DNA of 64,000 bases, taken from contig OZ241362.1 in assembly GCA_965200315.1 (NCBI GenBank), positions 928,001 through 992,000 of the forward strand. The letters are read 5' to 3'. Under the pieces are notes generated by a model. It was given only the letters and a program-made list of their open reading frames with translations. It had not been told where the DNA came from and ran no database searches. Position numbers and translations under genes: made by a program. This document shows positions 57,203 to 64,000 of this stretch, piece after piece. Numbering within the stretch: position 1 is the first letter of the stretch; the number at the start of each line of letters is the position of its first letter. The DNA is from Candidatus Latescibacterota bacterium. Lineage in GTDB: Bacteria > Latescibacterota > UBA2968 > UBA8231.

Positions 57203-58129
57203 ATGAAACGCATCGCTATTCTCTTTGCAGTTCTCGCCTTGGCGGCCCTGCCCAATACGGGCCAAGCACACTGGGATGCCGGCACGGTTTGGTTTGTCGT
57301 CCAGTTTCCCGACGGGGCTACCCCCACCATTGACGGCAATCACGGCGACTGGGACGGAGTGCCAGCCTCCTATGGCATCGACAACTCGGTCTTTAACGAC
57401 GCCCGTGGCCTAGTGCCCGAAGGCTGGAGCAACGCCGACTGGGACGTCACCGACTTCAGTATGTTGCACCGGGTCGGCTGGAACGAAACGGACAACAAGA
57501 TCTATATGGCCACCCAGACCTTCGACGACGAGCACAACATGGATCGTACCAGCCACTGGAGCGAGGACGATTCGTGGGAGGTGTCGTTTACCTATAACCA
57601 CGACGCCTATGCCGATGACGGCGGCTACGTCGACATCAACGACGAAAACATCGGCATCAATACCCGCTACAACTTCTCAGTACCCATCCATCCGACTCTC
57701 GGCGATTGGTTCTGGTTGCGGCCGGGCGAGTTGACCGGCACCGAGTGGATATGGCCCGGCACTGATTGGCTCGAATTCAACTACACTTGGGATGGCGACG
57801 AATTCGGCGAGAGCACCTATTACTACGAAATGGGTCTCACGCCCATAGGCTCGTACCCCAAGGGCCAAGAGGGCGGCTACCAGCCCGACGATGTGGAGGT
57901 ATGGGATCTGGAAGAAGGTCAGATCATCCACATTTCCATCGTCCAGATCGACAACGACGGCGATTTCAACAACTATCGCACCCCCGGTTGCTGCGGCTAC
58001 TGGAGCACCCTTGATAATTGCTGCTCGTCCGTCAACGATTGGTTTCTCGCTGAACAGGACCCAGCCTTTGTCGCTTCTACTGCGGTCGAAGACGACAGCT
58101 GGGGCCGCATCAAGGCCCGCTTTAAGTAG
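57203..58129 (+). CDS. Secreted acidic protein (CBM9/DOMON-like?) with C-terminal TAVEDDSWGRIKARF tail
   Basis: GGAGG SD, Sec signal ending GQA, PTIDG...DW, VGWN..NKIY, DD.WE motifs. Confidence 0.75.
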   Translation: MKRIAILFAVLALAALPNTGQAHWDAGTVWFVVQFPDGATPTIDGNHGDWDGVPASYGIDNSVFNDARGLVPEGWSNADWDVTDFSMLHRVGWNETDNKIYMATQTFDDEHNMDRTSHWSEDDSWEVSFTYNHDAYADDGGYVDINDENIGINTRYNFSVPIHPTLGDWFWLRPGELTGTEWIWPGTDWLEFNYTWDGDEFGESTYYYEMGLTPIGSYPKGQEGGYQPDDVEVWDLEEGQIIHISIVQIDNDGDFNNYRTPGCCGYWSTLDNCCSSVNDWFLAEQDPAFVASTAVEDDSWGRIKARFK

Positions 58130-58179
58130 GTCATATTTCCGCTGGAATCGCTTCAATCCAGCTAGAGGGCAACTCTCGG

Positions 58180-58215
58180 AAGCCCGTGTTCCACGCTGGA
58201 ACACGGGCTTTTTTT
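58180..58215 (+). terminator. Intrinsic terminator
   Basis: AGCCCGTGTTCCA-CGC-TGGAACACGGGCT followed by a T-run. Confidence 0.85.
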
Positions 58216-58252
58216 GGTTCTGCGCCAAAGGCGTACATCCAAAGGGGACCGC

Positions 58253-60415
58253 ATGAGAAAACACAGGGTATTATGGCTGGTCGTTGCGCTGGCGAGTCCA
58301 GTGCTGGGCGATCGGGCCGAATTCGCGCTGGGCGGAGAGGACGGCAATCCCTGGACCATCCCCCTCGCTCTCGAAGGCGAAGAAGGCGGCTTCTACACCG
58401 TGTACGGCACCGACGGCCAAGTCTTGCGAACCGAGTCGGTGGGCACATCCCCCCAGTGGGTCGGTGCCGATACCCTGATCAGCTACGCCGATGGGGCCAT
58501 GACTCCATCTTGGGTTGACCCCAACTTGAACCTGACTCACATCGTCAGTTGGGACCAAAACGGCCAGAGCCAAGTGCCTTTTCACGATCTGGGCGGCAAT
58601 ATCCGCGTCACCCAAGGCGAGAATTCGGCCTTCATGGGCATGACACTGCCCAGTACTCTGCGGGCCTACGACGGCGACCGCACCTCGGCCATGTTCCGCA
58701 TCTTCGTCCAGCGCGTGGGAGCACCTCCGGGGGTCGGGCGCGGCTTCCGCAACAATACCATTACCAATTTCGGCGCTGAAATGCCCATCAATCGCATCCG
58801 CTTCTATCCCCGGCTCAGCAAGACCGAAGACGCCCATATCATCGCCGCCATGGCCGAGCCCAAACCCGATCCCGACACATTTGGCGAGGAGAGCTTTGCC
58901 GCCAATTTTCTCGAGTGGTACGAAATAGGTATAGCCAACAACAGCGCTCCCATCGCCGACGATGCCTTCGCGGTCCCCAAAGGATTGCGCTGGCACAAAG
59001 TCCTCTCCTCGGCCGGCCTCGGCGGCTACCGGGTGAGCAACGATTCGGCTTATACCATTCTGCGTAGCGTGCGCGAAAACCTCGATGTGGTGGTCGACTT
59101 TCGCTTCCCCCTACAGCACATCCGCTGGGTCGCCATCCGCGCTTTGGACCCGGTGCGCGACTGGGAAATCGCCGAGGTGGAAATCTACGGACAAGGCTTT
59201 GTGCGCAAAGCGCGCTATCTAACCGACATCCTCGACTTTGGCCAACCCATCAACTGGGGCAAAATCCGCTGGAGTGGCCAGCACCCTCCCGGCACCCAAG
59301 TCGAAATCCGCACCCGCACGGGCACCGACCACAACCCCCACATCTACTGGGAACCCAACGCCATTACCGGAGAGGCCGAGGAAATTAGCTTTGACGAGCA
59401 CTTCAGCCTACCCGTCCGCGAGCGCGAACCCCCGCTATACGACCGCGACCACTGGAGCTTTTGGTCGCCTCCCTACGACTTTGAGGACGGCTTGCGCGAC
59501 CACGCTCAGGAGGCGGCCGCTTGGGCCGACGGCACGGTTCTCCAGTCGCCCTCTCCAAGGCGCTATATGCAGTTGCAAATCACCTTGTTTGCCACCGAAA
59601 CCGAGGCTCCACGCCTCGACGAGCTACAGTTTCAGCTAGCCCACTCCCTGTCGGCTTCCGCCCTGCTGGGCGAAATCTGGCCGATCGAAGTCGCCGACGC
59701 CCGCTCCCAGCGTTTCACATACGTGGTGAGCCCGGATTTTCAGACCGACGACACGGGCTTTGACCGACTCGAGATCAGCACCCATACCCAAGTTGACACC
59801 GTCTATCACGTCAAAATCGGCGGCGTGGAGGTCAATCTGGCGGCCTTCCCACCCCAAGTGCTAACCGATCGCATCATCGTATCGCTAGACCGCAAGCTGT
59901 CAGACCCGGAGACAGATCGCTTTAAGCAAGTGGAGGTCGCCTTCCAAGTGCCGGTCCTGCGCTTCGGCACTGAATTTGCCGGCTGGGTGTACAACAGCGA
60001 CGACCCCGATCGCATCAAGCAACAAGTACAGCCGGGCAACGCCACCTTCCGCTACGCTGGCGATGTGCTAGCCGTGCGCACCCGCGTAGGGGGTAGGCTG
60101 TTGACGGATGTGCGAGTGCATCCCAACCCTTTTACCCCCAACAACGACCGCGTCAACGACACCTCACAACTGTCCTTTGACGTGCGCGAAGTGGTCGCAC
60201 GCCGGCCCCTGCAAGTGGCCCTGTACGACCTATCGGGCCACGAGGTGCAGACCTTGGCTACCACGCAGATCAAAACCGGGATAGTAGAATATTCTTGGGA
60301 CGGCCGCCGGTCCGACGGCCGCCTGGTGGCCCCAGGCATCTATATCTACCGCATTCGGCTAGATACCGACGAAGGTGTAGAAGAACAAGTTGGCACCATT
60401 TCGGTCGTTTACTAG
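58253..60415 (+). CDS. Secreted protein with C-terminal FlgD-Ig-like domain (paralogue A)
   Basis: Signal peptide; PNPFTPNNDRVND, LYDLSG, WDGR..G.LVAPGIYIY. Confidence 0.8.
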   Translation: MRKHRVLWLVVALASPVLGDRAEFALGGEDGNPWTIPLALEGEEGGFYTVYGTDGQVLRTESVGTSPQWVGADTLISYADGAMTPSWVDPNLNLTHIVSWDQNGQSQVPFHDLGGNIRVTQGENSAFMGMTLPSTLRAYDGDRTSAMFRIFVQRVGAPPGVGRGFRNNTITNFGAEMPINRIRFYPRLSKTEDAHIIAAMAEPKPDPDTFGEESFAANFLEWYEIGIANNSAPIADDAFAVPKGLRWHKVLSSAGLGGYRVSNDSAYTILRSVRENLDVVVDFRFPLQHIRWVAIRALDPVRDWEIAEVEIYGQGFVRKARYLTDILDFGQPINWGKIRWSGQHPPGTQVEIRTRTGTDHNPHIYWEPNAITGEAEEISFDEHFSLPVREREPPLYDRDHWSFWSPPYDFEDGLRDHAQEAAAWADGTVLQSPSPRRYMQLQITLFATETEAPRLDELQFQLAHSLSASALLGEIWPIEVADARSQRFTYVVSPDFQTDDTGFDRLEISTHTQVDTVYHVKIGGVEVNLAAFPPQVLTDRIIVSLDRKLSDPETDRFKQVEVAFQVPVLRFGTEFAGWVYNSDDPDRIKQQVQPGNATFRYAGDVLAVRTRVGGRLLTDVRVHPNPFTPNNDRVNDTSQLSFDVREVVARRPLQVALYDLSGHEVQTLATTQIKTGIVEYSWDGRRSDGRLVAPGIYIYRIRLDTDEGVEEQVGTISVVY

Positions 60416-60425
60416 GAGCCTGAGC

Positions 60426-62483
60426 ATGTTGAGAAGCCGCCTACTTGTTCAAAGCCTAGCAGCCCTTGTCCTCACGGCCCCGGTCGGAGCCTTGGATACG
60501 CTCAGTGTGGGCTTGGACGCCCCCATCGACTGGGATGGCACCGGTGCTGCTATCGGTACGCTGGACCCAGAGTACCGCAGCTTGGTCGATCCCAACGTAG
60601 TGCTGGTAGGCAACTCTCCAGGCGAGCTCATCGACTTCGCCCAGCGAGTCTTAGCACCCCGGGAACTGCGAGAGGGCGAAAACATCGCTTCGGGCACCCT
60701 CGAACGAGGCGGCACCATAGCCGCCCCGACGGTGCTGCGCTTCACCACCGACTTCACTCGCGAGGACCTCATCGAGGCCCTCGCCGAAATCCTCAGCGAC
60801 CTAGCCGGCGGCGAGACCCAAGCCTTTGAGCGCAAAAGTGGCGACGTGCGCGGCACCCTCATCATCGGCGACTTAGGAGCCCGCTTCGGCGTCAATCGCT
60901 TTCGCTTCTATCCGCGCAATACGGTCCATCCCGCGCCCACGGCCGCCTTTCAAAACGACTTTCTGCGCGCGTTTGAGCTGTTTGTCAACGACGGACTCAA
61001 CCTTACGGCCGATGGTTTTCCCGTGTGGGGCGCGCCCATAGTGGATGAAGCCCAAAACACCAAGCCCGTCGTTGACATCGAATTTGATCCGCCCCGTTAT
61101 ATCCGTTCCTTCCGCCTGCGCTCAGACACGCCCATCCCCTTTGAAATAGACGAGATCGAAATCTACGGCACCGGCTTTTTGCCGGCAGCTACGTACTTCT
61201 CGGATATCTTCGCCCCGGGCCTTGCGGCTTGGGGTCATATTCGCTGGGTGGAAAAAGCCGTCGGAGACTCGGCCCAGTCCAGCCTGCTGATTTCCACGCG
61301 CAGCGGCAATGACGACACTCCTTTTCTTTTTCACCGCCAGCGCAAGGACAAGCGCACCGACCCCGAGATTCCCTTCTCCATTGCCGAGCCCACCGAGCCC
61401 ATGCGCCTAGACGAATACAAGCGACTCCCCATAGTAGATGACAACGGCGTCGAGTGGTCCAAAGGCTCAATCAAGGACGATCTAGAAAACTGGAGCCCTT
61501 GGAGCCCTCCCTATCCGCTCGACGAGGGCACGTCCCCCCAAGGCACCCCGATCATCTCCCCTTCGCCGCGGCACTACCTCCAGTTCCGCGTCATCGCTCA
61601 GAGCAATGATATCCATTCGGCGCGCCGCCTTGAGCACATCTCCCTTTCGTACCTGACTCCACCACTGGCCGACGAATTCGTTGCCGAGATTTTTCCCCGC
61701 CAAGTAGAGGCTTCGACCTCTACTTCCTTTACCTACGCCGTCCGCATGCGCATAGATTCGCCAGACCTATTGGGATTCGATACTTTTGCGATAACTACCC
61801 CCATTCGGGTAGAACAGGTGGAACAAGTGGAAATTCTCGATACCCAAGGCCAGCTAGTCGCTTCCCACTCCTTTGCACAAGGCGATACGGCTGGTGGTTC
61901 GGGGCTTGCCATCAACGCCATTGCAGAGGACCACTTCAGTGTGCGCTTTCCGCGCATTCAAGCCGATGACAGCCTGCTGAAAATCAGGTTTCGCGCGGCC
62001 GTACTGGCCTTTAGCACCGAATTTCGCGGGCAGGCTTCGCTGTCGAGTGAACCCGGTTCGTTTCAAAACGCCACCTCGGGCAATAGCGCCAATTTGGGGG
62101 ACGAAGACCAGTCCATCCGCTCCGGCACCACGGTGCTCAGTCCCTCGATAATCCGCAGCGAACGGCTGATCGATGCCCTCGAACTGACGCCCAACCCCTT
62201 TACGCCCAACGGCGATAGGATCAACGACCAAGTCGCTATCGCCTACAACATCCTAGCGCTGACCAAGACCGGTGCCGTTGCGGTGCGCCTGTACGACCTG
62301 TCGGGCCGGCTGGTACACACCCTACAGCAGACGGCGCTCAGCAACGGTCGCTACGCCCTTGGTTGGGACGGGCGAGTCGCTGACGGCCAGCTCGTCCCCC
62401 CAGGCGTGTACTTGTTGGGCATAACCGTGGCCGGGGACCTGGGCGACGACCTGCAGGCACACCCTCTATACATAGCCTACTAA
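60426..62483 (+). CDS. Secreted protein with C-terminal FlgD-Ig-like domain (paralogue B)
   Basis: Signal peptide; PNPFTPNGDRIND, LYDLSG, WDGR..GQLVPPGVYL. Confidence 0.8.
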   Translation: MLRSRLLVQSLAALVLTAPVGALDTLSVGLDAPIDWDGTGAAIGTLDPEYRSLVDPNVVLVGNSPGELIDFAQRVLAPRELREGENIASGTLERGGTIAAPTVLRFTTDFTREDLIEALAEILSDLAGGETQAFERKSGDVRGTLIIGDLGARFGVNRFRFYPRNTVHPAPTAAFQNDFLRAFELFVNDGLNLTADGFPVWGAPIVDEAQNTKPVVDIEFDPPRYIRSFRLRSDTPIPFEIDEIEIYGTGFLPAATYFSDIFAPGLAAWGHIRWVEKAVGDSAQSSLLISTRSGNDDTPFLFHRQRKDKRTDPEIPFSIAEPTEPMRLDEYKRLPIVDDNGVEWSKGSIKDDLENWSPWSPPYPLDEGTSPQGTPIISPSPRHYLQFRVIAQSNDIHSARRLEHISLSYLTPPLADEFVAEIFPRQVEASTSTSFTYAVRMRIDSPDLLGFDTFAITTPIRVEQVEQVEILDTQGQLVASHSFAQGDTAGGSGLAINAIAEDHFSVRFPRIQADDSLLKIRFRAAVLAFSTEFRGQASLSSEPGSFQNATSGNSANLGDEDQSIRSGTTVLSPSIIRSERLIDALELTPNPFTPNGDRINDQVAIAYNILALTKTGAVAVRLYDLSGRLVHTLQQTALSNGRYALGWDGRVADGQLVPPGVYLLGITVAGDLGDDLQAHPLYIAY

Positions 62484-62484
62484 C

Positions 62485-64000
62485 ATGAACAGAATACGCA
62501 TCGCTACTACAGCTTGCACCCTGATCGGAGCCTTTTTATGGGGCTGCGGTGAACAGGAGTCCCCCAGCGTGGTTCAGATTGGCCCGCACGCCATCACCGC
62601 CGAGGATCTCCGATCCTACATCCTAGGGCTAAACGAAAGCCAGCGGAGCCACCAAGAAGGCCCGGCAGCGCGGCGCGAGTACCTCCAGCCCCTCATCGAC
62701 TACCACCTCATGTGGATGGAAGCCCAAGCCCTCGGTTTGGACACCGCGGCCGCAGTCCAGCGCCAACTAGAGCGCAGAATCCGTCGGCACTTAGTCGTCC
62801 TCTATCTCAAGCACAAACCCGTGCAACCGCCCCTCGTCGACGAAGCCGAGATCAAACAGCGCTTCGAGCGCAAGCGGCTTCACCGCACGTTTGAGCGAAT
62901 GACTTGGGGCATTATGGCCAAGGCGCGGCCGGAACTAGACCAAGCCGTGGCCGAGTTGGCCGCCGGCACTCCGTTTGGCGAAGTAGCAGCCCGCTACTCC
63001 ATCACGCCCGATGCAATCAACGGAGGCGAACTAGGCTGGCTCCGGGTGGAATCCATCCGCCGCATGGGCCTCCCCGATTCGCTGTTCTACGATTTGCCCT
63101 TGGGGGTCTTATCGCCCGTACTGCCCCACTCCGCCGGCTTTTGCGTCGTGCGCTTTACCGAGGAACGACCGGTATCCTACTTCGACTTCCGCGACGAAAT
63201 CCTCCAAGAGCTCCAAGAGGAAAGGCTCGGCGAAGCGCGGGTGGCCCGGGCCGAACAATTGGCCGACAAATACGACTGGAATCTCCACGAGCGAGGGTTG
63301 CGCCTCCTGCTGGAAAAAGGCCAGCCATTGGCGGCCTTGGAACTGACGCCAGAGGAAGAACGAACGCCTTTGTTCGAGTTTACGGGCGGCCAAGTGCCCC
63401 TAGGCGAGCTGCTCGACCAGCTCAAAAACCGCAACATCAACGCCGCAGCCGACAGCGCCGCCTTGGTCCAACTCGCCGAGCGCTTTCTGCTCCAGCCCTA
63501 TATCTTTGCCGCCGCGGTCCGCCACGAGAATTTGATTGACCGCGAGGGCCTCGAAACGGTGCGGCAGAGCCTGCGCGAAGAGGTCGTCATCAGCCAACTG
63601 CACCAGCAAAAAGTAGCGGCATCCATCACCATTGCCCCAGAGTCCGTGCGCCGCTACTACGACGAGCAGACCGAGCGCTTCCTTCGCCGAGACCAGATCG
63701 ACGTGGCCGAAGTGCTGGTGGAGACCGAGGAAGAAGCGCTAGCCGTGCGGCGGCAAATCGAAGCGGGAGCCGACATCGCTGCCCTAGCCCAAGAGCGCAG
63801 CAAACGCCGCGGGGTCCGGGCGCGGAGCGGCGTCTTTCCCATGGAGAAAACTTCGGACTTAGTGCCCCATATCCTAGCCGCGCAGCCGGGCGAGTTGGTC
63901 GGGCCGGTACAAGTCCACGACGGCTTCTCGGTATTCGAGATCGTCCGTCGCCAGCCGGGGGAACGCATGCCTTTTGCCCAAGTCCGTCGGCAGATTGGCG
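62485..64000 (+). CDS. Lipoprotein foldase, PpiC/parvulin (SurA/PrsA-like) family; runs off window edge
   Basis: Manual translation MNRIRIATTACTLIGAFLWGCGEQ (lipobox); FGEVAARYS..GGELGW and a second IAALAQERS..G.LVGPV parvulin-like repeat. Confidence 0.8.
   Translation, partial: MNRIRIATTACTLIGAFLWGCGEQESPSVVQIGPHAITAEDLRSYILGLNESQRSHQEGPAARREYLQPLIDYHLMWMEAQALGLDTAAAVQRQLERRIRRHLVVLYLKHKPVQPPLVDEAEIKQRFERKRLHRTFERMTWGIMAKARPELDQAVAELAAGTPFGEVAARYSITPDAINGGELGWLRVESIRRMGLPDSLFYDLPLGVLSPVLPHSAGFCVVRFTEERPVSYFDFRDEILQELQEERLGEARVARAEQLADKYDWNLHERGLRLLLEKGQPLAALELTPEEERTPLFEFTGGQVPLGELLDQLKNRNINAAADSAALVQLAERFLLQPYIFAAAVRHENLIDREGLETVRQSLREEVVISQLHQQKVAASITIAPESVRRYYDEQTERFLRRDQIDVAEVLVETEEEALAVRRQIEAGADIAALAQERSKRRGVRARSGVFPMEKTSDLVPHILAAQPGELVGPVQVHDGFSVFEIVRRQPGERMPFAQVRRQIG

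Noticed and set aside
62712-63968. Short ORFs listed at the right edge of the window
   Set aside because: They overlap the open PPIase frame starting at 62485, which the track omitted because it has no stop inside the window.

Overview
Bacterial chromosomal window with moderately high GC. The gene content (paired FlgD-Ig secreted proteins, DUF6785/DUF6784-like membrane proteins, PhyH dioxygenases, a C-terminal 'TAVExxSWGxIK' tail) suggests Candidatus Latescibacterota or a related FCB lineage; this is inference, no search was run. 1-22.3 kb (minus strand) is the core translation/transcription super-operon: greA, tRNA-Gly, tRNA-Thr, rpmG, tRNA-Trp, secE, nusG, rplKAJL, rpoBC, rpsLG, fusA, tuf and the S10/spc genes. 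Its main anomalies are that rplC (uL3) is absent between rpsJ and rplD, and that tRNA-Thr carries an exact 70-bp tandem duplication. 22.4-28.6 kb is an sbcD-sbcC-ygfZ operon ending in an intact DinB homologue that lacks the fingers domain and catalytic residues. 28.6-33.5 kb is an FAD/Fe-S oxidoreductase + divergent Rid-like + FmdB + LarA operon. 33.7-45.7 kb mixes housekeeping and accessory genes (zapA, SulP, two PhyH, stand-alone infC with an ATC start, PfkB kinase, 2-hydroxyacid dehydrogenase, AAA ATPase, MazG-like, FGE-domain lipoprotein) with decayed gene remnants. 45.8-56.4 kb is a co-directional envelope locus: TMTC-like GT-C/TPR protein, then two DUF6785-like paralogues bracketing HTTM-like + GMC oxidoreductase + Tat small subunit + GT-C. 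57-64 kb encodes secreted proteins (two FlgD-Ig paralogues) and a lipoprotein foldase. No rRNA, CRISPR array or intact mobile element was seen.
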